Assembly: GCA_030167145.1 (NCBI GenBank) | Contig: CP126532.1 | Coordinates: 4,080,001 to 4,112,000, forward strand | Reading direction: 5' to 3' | DNA from: Ktedonobacterales bacterium | GTDB taxonomy: Bacteria; Chloroflexota; Ktedonobacteria; Ktedonobacterales; JADMIN01 | Length of the DNA: 32,000 nucleotides | Shown: piece by piece, positions 9,821-17,051 of the stretch | Numbering within the stretch: position 1 is the first letter of the stretch | Layout of the letters: each line of letters begins with the position of its first letter | The notes under the pieces: generated by a model | What the model was told of the DNA's origin: nothing | The model's database searches: none | What the model saw: the letters and a program-made list of their open reading frames with translations, nothing else | Made by a program: the position numbers and the translations under genes

Positions 9821-10054
9821 ATGTCCGCACTCGACTGGATCTTTACCGCCATCTTCTTCACCTTCTATCTCGTGTGTCTCTTCACCGTCTGTATGTTGAC
9901 CTTCCAGAAAGGCTACATCGTCCTCGGCATCATCGGCATCTTTATCCCATTTCTCTGGCTCATCGGCGCGATCCTTCCCGCCAAACGCGGCTCGCGCTGG
10001 GAAGTCGCACAGAGCATGCGCCAGCAAGCGCAACTCAATCAGATGACCAGCTAA
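9821..10054 (+). CDS. Small two-TM membrane protein (77 aa)
   Basis: AGGAGG at 9809-9814 lies 6 nt before the ATG at 9821. Product is MSALDWIFTAIFFTFYLVCLFTVCMLTFQKGYIVLGIIGIFIPFLWLIGAILPAKRGSRWEV..., with two clear hydrophobic helices. The upstream part of the 143-aa ORF is Pro/Arg-rich and not protein-like. Confidence 0.5.
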   Translation: MSALDWIFTAIFFTFYLVCLFTVCMLTFQKGYIVLGIIGIFIPFLWLIGAILPAKRGSRWEVAQSMRQQAQLNQMTS

Positions 10055-10393
10055 TCCCGTTCGCACGGATGAGCGCGGCAGTAGGTCACGTAGCGAAGCG
10101 CAGCACTTCAATCTCAGCGCCCTGGGCGACGGCCTGCTCTGCCAGGGCAAGCGCGCGCGTGGCCTCGATTCTGCGAGAGCGGGTTCGTGGTCGTAGGCGC
10201 AGTGCGAGTCAACCGAGCAATACAATACCCCCAACATGAATAGAGCCTAAGGGCCAGCATGCGGCTTGACGCTGCTTGCCACGGCATGACTCCACTTGAC
10301 CAACGGCATTGCTCACCACCATCCAACGCACGATGTGTATCTGTGCGTAGGTCCAGGTCCACCTATCAGGTCTCGCCATCAGGAGGCTTCATC

Positions 10394-11827
10394 ATGGCAG
10401 CGGTTCAATTTGTCACCAGCATGCCTGTGACCGCTACGCGCGCAGAGCGCCATGCCGCTGGCAAAGATCTCCGCTCAAAAACGCCCCGCACCAGTCACGG
10501 CGCATGGGCCGCCGCCGCTGATCGTCCCGACCCGATCCGCCTGCTCGAACAGTCCAACCGCACCCGCGTGCCAGAGCTGGTGCCCATCCGCTATGGTCGT
10601 ATGTCACTCTCCCCTTTCACCTTCCTGCGCGGCGCGGCGATCATCATGGCCAGCGACCTCGCGGACACCCCCATATCCGGCCTGCGCATGCAGATCTGCG
10701 GCGACGCGCACCTCAGCAACTACGGTGGCTTCGCTACGCCCGAACGCATCCTGGACTTCGATGTCAACGACTTCGATGAGACCCTGCCAGGACCCTGGGA
10801 ATGGGACATAAAGCGCCTGGCCGCCAGCATCGTGGTCGCGGGCCGCCAAAATGCCTACACCGCACAGGACAATCACCAGGCAGTCGTAGACAGCATCCGC
10901 GAGTACCAGACTTCGATGCGCAGCCTGGCACAGATGGGACGGCTTGACGTGTGGTATCAGCATATAGACCTGGAGGAGATCCTGGGAATAGTCAAAGGCA
11001 AAGAACTCAAGCGTATCCGCAAGCAAGAGCACAAGGCCGCCCACCATACCAGCGAAGGGGTCTTTCCCAAGCTGGCCGAAGTGGTGGATGGACACTACCA
11101 AATCAAAGATGAGCCGCCGCTGATCGTACACGTGGCCGAGCAGGCTCCCATCAAGACCAAACACAACGGCAAGGCAAAAGGCGCCGCCACCATCACCGCG
11201 CAGGATGAACATGAACAGATCAAGGGCGCCTTAGCGGCCTATAGCGCAACCCTGCCCGAGGCATGCCGCCAACTCCTCAGCAAGTATCGCTTTGTAGACG
11301 TTGCGCGCAAAGTGGTCGGCGTCGGCAGCGTGGGCACGCGCTGCTGGGTCGCGTTGTTCATGGCCGGCGGTGACGGAGACGACCCGCTCTTCTTGCAGAT
11401 CAAAGAAGCCGACGCCTCCACGCTTGAACGCTACCTGGGCGCAAGCGCCAACGCCAATCACGGCGAGCGCGTGGTGCAAGGGCAGCGCTTGATGCAGGAA
11501 GCCAGCGACATCTTCCTCGGCTGGACCCATGTGAACGTGGACCTCTACGTGCGGCAACTACGCGATATGAAATGGTCGGTTGATATCGAAACCATGACCA
11601 GACATGAGTTCGAGCAATACACCCGGCTCTGTGCCATGGCCCTGGCGCGTGCCCACGCGCGCACCGGCGACCCAGCGATGATCAGTGGCTACCTGGGCAG
11701 CAACGATATCTTTGCGGAAGCCATTGCCCTCTTCGCCGAAGCGTATGCCGATCAGACCGAACGCGATCATGCCGCCCTACTCGCGGCGATCAAAGACGGC
11801 CGCGTTCAGGCAGAGGTGGATGTATGA
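10394..11827 (+). CDS. DUF2252 family protein (function unknown)
   Basis: AGGAGG at 10381-10386 with the ATG at 10394. Family-typical blocks: RYGRMSLSPFTFLRGAA, CGDAHLSNYGGFATPERILDFDVNDFDETLPGPWEWDIKRLAAS. Confidence 0.8.
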   Translation: MAAVQFVTSMPVTATRAERHAAGKDLRSKTPRTSHGAWAAAADRPDPIRLLEQSNRTRVPELVPIRYGRMSLSPFTFLRGAAIIMASDLADTPISGLRMQICGDAHLSNYGGFATPERILDFDVNDFDETLPGPWEWDIKRLAASIVVAGRQNAYTAQDNHQAVVDSIREYQTSMRSLAQMGRLDVWYQHIDLEEILGIVKGKELKRIRKQEHKAAHHTSEGVFPKLAEVVDGHYQIKDEPPLIVHVAEQAPIKTKHNGKAKGAATITAQDEHEQIKGALAAYSATLPEACRQLLSKYRFVDVARKVVGVGSVGTRCWVALFMAGGDGDDPLFLQIKEADASTLERYLGASANANHGERVVQGQRLMQEASDIFLGWTHVNVDLYVRQLRDMKWSVDIETMTRHEFEQYTRLCAMALARAHARTGDPAMISGYLGSNDIFAEAIALFAEAYADQTERDHAALLAAIKDGRVQAEVDV

Positions 11828-11895
11828 CGCGCTGCTGAGATTACTCGCGGCATCATGCGCTTTTGCTCATTACTGCGGACACCTACGCGGTCTCC

Positions 11896-11914
11896 AACCC
11901 GCGCAGGCGGGTTT
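11896..11914 (+). terminator. Possible weak intrinsic terminator after the DUF2252 gene
   Basis: AACCCGC-GCAG-GCGGGTT hairpin (7-bp stem, 4-nt loop) followed by only TTT. It lies 69 nt after the stop codon. Confidence 0.3.
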
Positions 11915-11970
11915 CGCGGCGGCACGCCATTCAGGCGCGGTTTCAACCGCCCGCCCGTGCCGTGTCCGCT

Positions 11971-12005
11971 CCCATTCCCATTCCCATCCCCATCCCCGCG
12001 TCCCC
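11971..12005 (-). repeat. C-tract hexamer repeat; G-quadruplex-type motif on the minus strand, i-motif-type on the plus strand
   Basis: CCCATTCCCATTCCCATCCCCATCCCCGCGTCCCC: six C3-4 tracts separated by 2-4 nt loops (tracts at 11971, 11977, 11983, 11988, 11994, 12002). Confidence 0.6.
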
Positions 12006-12146
12006 ACCTGACCGCTGCTGACCCCATCTGACCGCGCGCCACCACCCACCCCGCATGCTACACTACCCTAACGACCGCTTCCCGCGCCGCGAAGGACCAC
12101 GCCCCCATGTTGATGACAATAAATCGGCCACATCGGCCACTGGTAG

Positions 12147-12168
12147 GGCAGACAGGAGAATGTCTGCC
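12147..12168. other. Perfect 8-bp-arm palindrome GGCAGACA-GGAGAA-TGTCTGCC (founder copy of the palindrome family)
   Basis: The arms at 12147-12154 and 12161-12168 are exact reverse complements. The same arms recur in the 44-bp repeats downstream, with the loop in the opposite orientation (TTCC versus the complement of GGAGAA). Confidence 0.8.
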
Positions 12169-12210
12169 ATCTACCTGCACAAATCGGCAGAATCGGCAAC
12201 TCCCATTATC

Positions 12211-12342
12211 GGTGGGGGGGACATTCCTGTCTGCCAGCGGCCACCTCGGCCACTGGTGGGGCGGACATTCCTGTCTGCCAGCGGCCACCTCGGCCACTGG
12301 TGGGGCGGACATTCCTGTCTGCCAGCGGTCACTCCGGCCACT
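12211..12342 (+). repeat. 44-bp tandem repeat x3, each unit carrying the palindrome GG[C/G]GGACA-TTCC-TGTCTGCC plus a CGGCCAC doublet
   Basis: Unit GGTGGGGCGGACATTCCTGTCTGCCAGCGGCCACCTCGGCCACT begins at 12211, 12255 and 12299. Palindromes lie at 12216-12235, 12260-12279 and 12304-12323. A diverged fourth unit lies at 12128-12168. Confidence 0.9.
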
Positions 12343-13084
12343 CCGGCAATTGCACAAATCGGCAGAATCGGCAACTCCCCTCTGTGTCCATCACCCGAAA
12401 TTGCGGCGAAAACGGCGAAAAATCTCCCGACATCCCCAGCCAGCTCTCGTCATTCACCCCCAACATGCTCGCGAAAACGGCAGAATCGGCAACTCCGCCA
12501 ACTCCGGCAACTCTCATCTGCGGCGAAAACGGCGAAAATTATCGGTCATCTCTTGTCATCTCTTGTCATTGGAGCCGCAAAATCGGCAGAATCGGCAACT
12601 CACATACCGGCAACTCTGGCCACTGCGATCAACACAAATCTGCGGCGAAAACGGCGAAAAATCTCTACCCATTTCCCGTCATTTCCGCTCATATCCCCCC
12701 AACAACGCCGCAAAATCGGCCACTTCGGCCACTGCCCTCAACGTGCAAATCGAAATATCGGCAAAATCGGCAACTGCCTTCACGACCACGAATATCGGCC
12801 ATTTCGGCCACTGGCGCCTGTACCGCCAGCGTCTCGCTGGCAACTGCGGCAACTACCCTTCACGAGCCAATCGCAAAATCGGCAGAATCGGCAACTCCGC
12901 GCGACCTGTGTGGACGGGATTACCCGTGGCATTCATGCTACGTCCTCGCCCCACCACCTGGCCCGCCCCCATGCGCCCGCTCCCCCGCGCCCTTGCCGCC
13001 GCAATCGCCCATGTGGTACGCATACCCAAGGAAGCGGGTGTTTCGCGCCGGAATATGCCAGCGAAGGAGAAGGAGGTGTACGCG

Positions 13085-14623
13085 ATGCAGGTGGTCACGG
13101 TTGCCGAGATGCGCGAGATCGAAGCGCGCGCCGAGCGAGACTATGCCCTCAGCTCGCCGATGCTGATGGAGCACGCCGGGCGCAGTGTCGCCGAATGGCT
13201 GCGGGCGCGGCTGGGCGGCGAGATGCGCGGGCGCAATGTGCTCGTCTTCGTTGGGCCGGGCAACAACGGCGGCGATGGCCGGGTGATGGGCAAGTATCTC
13301 GCACAGTGGGGCGCGACCGTCACCTACTACGCCTGGAAAGAGCGCCGCATGGAAGTGGGTAGCCGCCTCATCCCTGTCAACGACGATCTCGCCGCCGTGC
13401 GCGAAGCCCTGGGCCGCGCCGATGTCGTCGCCGACGCCCTGCTCGGCACCGGCGCATCACGCCCACTCGACCCCGCCATGCGTCACCTCATCGCCCTGGC
13501 CCACGACGAGAAGCAGCGCCGTCCGCGTCTCACGCTGCTCGCCGTAGACCTGCCAACCGGCCTCAACGCCGACACCGGCGCGGTTGATGAAGGCGTATTC
13601 CACGCCGATTTCACCGTCACCCTCGCCTTCCCCAAGGTCGGCCTCTTCATGTTCCCCGGCGCGAACACTGTTGGCGCGCTGGAGGTCGGCGGCATCGGCC
13701 TACCCGCCGACATGCCCATCACCAGCGGCCTGGAACTGCTCGATGCGCCGCTGTTGCGCTCGCTCCTGCCAGCGCGCCCGATGGAGAGCAACAAAGGCAC
13801 GTATGGCAAAATCATGGCGCTGGCTGGCTCGGCGCAGTATATCGGCGCGGCGTATTTCGTCTCCGCCGCCGCCGCGCGCATCGGCGCGGGCCTCGTCACC
13901 CTGGCCACCACGCCTGAGCATGCAGTGTTCTACGCCATGCGGCTGCCTGAAATCACCTATGCGCTGCTGCCGCCAGAGAGCGCCCCACCAGAGGAACGCG
14001 CCGACGCGGTGCTGAGTGCGCTGGCGGGTTACACCGCGCTGGTGATCGGGCCAGGGCTGGGGCAGAGCGACGCCACATGCGCCATGCTCGAACGAGTGCT
14101 GACGGGCATCACCGCGATCCCTGATACGCAGCGCCCACGCTTGATCGTAGACGCCGACGGGCTGAACAATCTGGCGCAACTCGAACGCTGGTGGCAGCGC
14201 CTGCCCGCCGATACGGTCATCACCCCGCATCCAGGCGAGATGGCGCGGCTGCGCGGCGGCGAAAAGGTCTCCGGCGGCGAAATAGACCGGCTGGCGGTGG
14301 TCCGCGACTGCGCCAAGGCGTGGAATCTGGTCGTCGTCTTGAAGGGCGCGGCGACGCTGATTGCCGCGCCCGATGGTCGCACGCGTGTGAACTGGCCGGG
14401 CAACGCGGCGATGGCCACCGCTGGTACCGGCGACGTGCTCTCCGGCACGGTGGGCGGGCTGCTGGCGCAGGGCATGGCCCCGTTCGACGCCGCCAGCGCC
14501 GCCGTCTACCTGCACAGCCGCGCGGGCCTGCTGGTGAGCGAGCGCACCGGCGACGCCGGGCTGCTCGCGGGCGACCTGCTGCCCCAACTACCAGTCGCGC
14601 TCAAACAGTTGAAACACGGGTGA
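13085..14623 (+). CDS. nnr: Bifunctional NAD(P)H-hydrate repair enzyme Nnr (YjeF_N epimerase + ADP-dependent dehydratase)
   Basis: GGAGAAGGAGG (13066-13076) lies 8 nt before the ATG at 13085. N-terminal domain VLVFVGPGNNGGDGRVMGKYL. C-terminal carbohydrate-kinase domain KGTYGKIMALAGS...TAGTGDVLSGTVGGLLAQG. The 838-aa ORF in the track is an in-frame read-through artefact of the upstream repeat region. Confidence 0.9.
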   Translation: MQVVTVAEMREIEARAERDYALSSPMLMEHAGRSVAEWLRARLGGEMRGRNVLVFVGPGNNGGDGRVMGKYLAQWGATVTYYAWKERRMEVGSRLIPVNDDLAAVREALGRADVVADALLGTGASRPLDPAMRHLIALAHDEKQRRPRLTLLAVDLPTGLNADTGAVDEGVFHADFTVTLAFPKVGLFMFPGANTVGALEVGGIGLPADMPITSGLELLDAPLLRSLLPARPMESNKGTYGKIMALAGSAQYIGAAYFVSAAAARIGAGLVTLATTPEHAVFYAMRLPEITYALLPPESAPPEERADAVLSALAGYTALVIGPGLGQSDATCAMLERVLTGITAIPDTQRPRLIVDADGLNNLAQLERWWQRLPADTVITPHPGEMARLRGGEKVSGGEIDRLAVVRDCAKAWNLVVVLKGAATLIAAPDGRTRVNWPGNAAMATAGTGDVLSGTVGGLLAQGMAPFDAASAAVYLHSRAGLLVSERTGDAGLLAGDLLPQLPVALKQLKHG

Positions 14624-14706
14624 GCGTACACCATGACGTTACAAGTGCTACGTGCTACACTGCCAAAAGACGAGGTTTCGCAGGGCCATATTGAGGGAGG
14701 CGCGCC

Positions 14707-15729
14707 ATGACCACGCTCTATCTTGCGATGCCTGATGGCCTGCTCATCATCCGCAACGCGAACGGCCAGTGGCAGGTCGAGCGGCGCATGGACGGCCTGC
14801 CCGTGCAGTGCGTGGCGATAGACCCCTTCCGCCCGGAGCGCCAGTATTGCGGCACATTCGGGCAGGGTTTGTGGCGCAGCCGCGACGGCGGCGACACCTG
14901 GCGGCAGATGGAAACTCCCGTGTTCCGCTCGCTCCAATTCACTGCGCTGGCCGTCAGCATGAATCAGCGCACCGGCGACCTCGGCAACCTCTACGCGGGC
15001 ACCGAGCCGACCGCGCTCTACCGCTCCGACGACGGCGGCGACACCTGGCGCGAGCTGCCCAACCTGCTGACGCTGATCTCCGCCCCGACGTGGAGCTTTC
15101 CGCCGCGTCCGTACACCAGCCATGTGCGCGCCATCGGGCTTGACCCCGGCGTGCCGGGCGGCCTCTATGTCGCCATCGAGGCCGGCGCGCTGGTGCATAG
15201 CAGCAATCGCGGCGACTCCTGGGACGACCGTGTCTCCGGCAGCCCGTATGACACCCACACGCTCGCCCTGCCGCCCAATGCCCCGCTGACCCTCTATGCG
15301 GCGGCGGGTGATGGCTACTTCGAGAGCTATGACGGCGGCGACCGCTGGGGCACTCCACGCGCGGGGCTGCGCCATCACTACTTGTGGGGTCTCGCCGTGG
15401 ACCCCGCTGGCCCGGAGACGCTCATCGTCTCCGCCGCGAGTGGTCCCAACGCCGCGCACCGCGCCGAGCATGCCGCGTCGGTCATCTATCGCCGCAGCGG
15501 CTTCTCAGACTGGCAGCGCGTCACCGACGGGCTACCCGATGAGCAGGGCACGCTCGCCTCCGTCCTTGCCGCGCACGAAGCCGAGCCGCACGTCTTCTAC
15601 GCCGCCAACAACCACGGTATCTATCGCTCAGCGGATACCGGTCTCACCTGGCAGCGGCTCGATATTCCCTGGCCCGACGCCTACCGCACACAGCGCCCAG
15701 CGGAAATGGTGGTGGTGGATGTGAATTGA
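14707..15729 (+). CDS. Cytoplasmic BNR/Asp-box repeat beta-propeller protein
   Basis: GAGGGAGG RBS before the ATG at 14707, with no signal peptide. Asp-box motifs SRDGGDTW, SDDGGDTW, SNRGDSW, SYDGGDRW, SADTGLTW. Confidence 0.7.
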   Translation: MTTLYLAMPDGLLIIRNANGQWQVERRMDGLPVQCVAIDPFRPERQYCGTFGQGLWRSRDGGDTWRQMETPVFRSLQFTALAVSMNQRTGDLGNLYAGTEPTALYRSDDGGDTWRELPNLLTLISAPTWSFPPRPYTSHVRAIGLDPGVPGGLYVAIEAGALVHSSNRGDSWDDRVSGSPYDTHTLALPPNAPLTLYAAAGDGYFESYDGGDRWGTPRAGLRHHYLWGLAVDPAGPETLIVSAASGPNAAHRAEHAASVIYRRSGFSDWQRVTDGLPDEQGTLASVLAAHEAEPHVFYAANNHGIYRSADTGLTWQRLDIPWPDAYRTQRPAEMVVVDVN

Positions 15730-15743
15730 CGCGCCCGACCGTA

Positions 15744-15938
15744 TCATTCGTCATCCTTGGGTAGCGGCATGCTCCAGGCGATAACGCCCACCCCCGCGAC
15801 GACGATGAAACAGGCGAGTGGTATCCGCAGCAACGGCGGGGTAAGCAGCAGCGCCAGCACCGCAAACAGCCCAACGCTGACGCCGAAGAGGATGCGCGGC
15901 CAGTGACGAGTTGCCTTCCGCGTCTGTGTTGAGAGCAT
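15744..15938 (-). CDS. Small two-TM membrane protein (64 aa)
   Basis: An AGGAG lies about 8 nt upstream of the internal ATG at 15938-15936. Product is MLSTQTRKATRHWPRILFGVSVGLFAVLALLLTPPLLRIPLACFIVVAGVGVIAWSMPLPKDDE. The longer 94-aa version has an Arg-rich, non-protein-like N-terminus. Confidence 0.45.
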   Translation of the reverse strand: MLSTQTRKATRHWPRILFGVSVGLFAVLALLLTPPLLRIPLACFIVVAGVGVIAWSMPLPKDDE

Positions 15939-16091
15939 GTTCCTACTCCTGGATCGTGTTCTTCTCCTCTTTAGCATAGCGGCGAAGTGTTGCGCGCCTA
16001 TCACGCATTTGTCGCGAATCTGTCGCAATCAGCGGACGATCAGGTCCGCCCGCTGATGGTGCGCGGTGGACCTGATGTTCAGGAAGGGATA

Positions 16092-17051
16092 CTAGCTGAT
16101 GCGGCGGCGCACCCACCAGATGGTCAGCGCGACCAACGCCAGCGCCAGCGCGGCGAAGATGGCCGTCTCGATCCCCTGGAAGAGGTCCAGCCGGTCGCCG
16201 GGCTGATACACACTGAGGAAAAAGATGCCGTGGTCGTGTATACACTGGAAGGCTTGCATCTTGGTCTGCACGTCTCCACACGTCTGGTTGACAGTGACAT
16301 CCGAGATATGCTGCCCCAGGTGATCAGCCCAGCCACTATCCACCTGCCAGGTATTGAAGGCAGAGGCGGACTGTGGTCCGAGCATCGCCAGCGCGTCGGT
16401 TGTGGTGTGCAGCGGCGGCAGATAGCGTGGCCGCAGGAAGAACTCGACCGGCAGCCGCACCGCCAGAAAGTCGGCAATCGTCACCACCATCGCGGGGATG
16501 GTTCGCCGCAGCAGCGCGCCCGCCGCGATGCCCAGCGCCAGCGCGAAGGCCGCGTAGGCCAGCGGCACGCCGCCCTCGAAGTCGAAGACCGACGGGATGA
16601 AGTTGCCGCGTATCGTATACAGCGGCGTGAACCACCACGTCGTGAGCACAGTGAAGAGCGCGGTCGCCAGCAGCACCGCGCCGAAGAGCGCGACCAGCTT
16701 CACGGCCAGCCAGCGCATGCGCGACACACTCTGTGTCCAAACCAGCCGGTGCGTGCCCTGCTCCAACTCGTGGGCGACCAGCGGCGCGCCGATCAGCACG
16801 CCAATCAGCGCGGGCAGCAGGTTCAGCCATTGCAGCGCGGAGACCCACGGATCTACCTGATCCAGGAATCCGCCGAGCACATTGTCGCAGTTCGGGCGGT
16901 CCGGATGAGCAATGCAGTTCGCTACCCCCAATTGCTGGTAGAGGGTGGCAATATTGTGGCCCGTGATGAGTACTATTACCACAAGCAGCGCGAATACACC
17001 GCCAAACAGATATGCGGCGGCGCGGTGTTGCCGCCAGGTCAGCCAGATCAT
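16092..17051 (-). CDS. ABC transporter permease (ABC-2-like, 6 TM, Cys-containing external loops)
   Basis: 319-aa polytopic ORF. Its ATG overlaps the stop of the upstream ATPase gene (ATGA at 17048-17051), so the two form an operon. Confidence 0.7.
   Translation of the reverse strand: MIWLTWRQHRAAAYLFGGVFALLVVIVLITGHNIATLYQQLGVANCIAHPDRPNCDNVLGGFLDQVDPWVSALQWLNLLPALIGVLIGAPLVAHELEQGTHRLVWTQSVSRMRWLAVKLVALFGAVLLATALFTVLTTWWFTPLYTIRGNFIPSVFDFEGGVPLAYAAFALALGIAAGALLRRTIPAMVVTIADFLAVRLPVEFFLRPRYLPPLHTTTDALAMLGPQSASAFNTWQVDSGWADHLGQHISDVTVNQTCGDVQTKMQAFQCIHDHGIFFLSVYQPGDRLDLFQGIETAIFAALALALVALTIWWVRRRIS

Larger units (their letters stand above)
12121..12897 (+). repeat. Composite non-coding array of duplicated 9-10 bp words (TCGGC[A/C] / GGC[A/C]ACT family, GCGGCGAAAACGGCGAAAAATCTC family, GTCATYTC family)
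   Basis: Exact 22-mer AAATCGGCAGAATCGGCAACTC at 12181, 12356, 12580 and 12876, plus a 1-mismatch copy at 12474. TCGGC occurs 19 times, including 8 pairs exactly 9 bp apart. GGCAACT starts at 12195, 12370, 12488, 12506, 12594, 12609, 12769, 12839, 12848, 12890. GGCCACT starts at 12135, 12248, 12292, 12336, 12618, 12718, 12727, 12806. All copies are on the plus strand. 25-mer TGCGGCGAAAACGGCGAAAAATCTC at 12402 and 12641, with a variant at 12519. The existence of the repeat is certain; its function is unknown. Confidence 0.9.

Noticed and set aside
11806-12045. 79-aa minus-strand ORF with a GDGDGNGNGSGHG tract
   Set aside because: It is simply the complement of the C-tract hexamer repeat. It has no RBS and overlaps the end of the DUF2252 gene.
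12251-12302. Chi-like CTGGTGG (7 of 8 bases of E. coli GCTGGTGG) inside the 44-bp repeats
   Set aside because: Chi sequences are species-specific and this is not an exact match. The similarity is probably incidental to the CGGCCACTGGTGGGG word.
12121-12897. CRISPR array
   Set aside because: The repeats are 22-25 nt long but spaced irregularly (106-296 bp). The would-be spacers are themselves made of related repeats, the main repeat has no palindromic core, and there are no cas genes in the window.
12121-12897. Transposon or MITE ends with multiple transposase-binding 22-mers (Tn7- or Mu-like)
   Set aside because: All copies share one orientation, and no inverted partner end, target-site duplication, transposase or integrase is visible in 32 kb. 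A genome-wide search is still needed.
12055-13362. All three plus-strand frames are open across the repeat array (ORFs 12055-13362, 12107-14623, 12300-13166), which could suggest a repeat-protein gene
   Set aside because: The same DNA words are read in all three phases, and neither the 44-bp nor the 25-bp period is a multiple of 3. There is no RBS, and the translations are nonsense low-complexity sequence. The lack of stop codons follows from the words containing no TAA, TAG or TGA.
12107-14623. 838-aa ORF that appears to extend Nnr by about 326 N-terminal residues
   Set aside because: The extension reads through the repeat array. It is low-complexity (NRQNRQL, IGRIGNS, KSAESAT) and unlike any YjeF N-terminus. 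A strong GGAGAAGGAGG RBS precedes the internal ATG at 13085, where the conserved Nnr sequence (MQVVTVAEMREIE...) begins.
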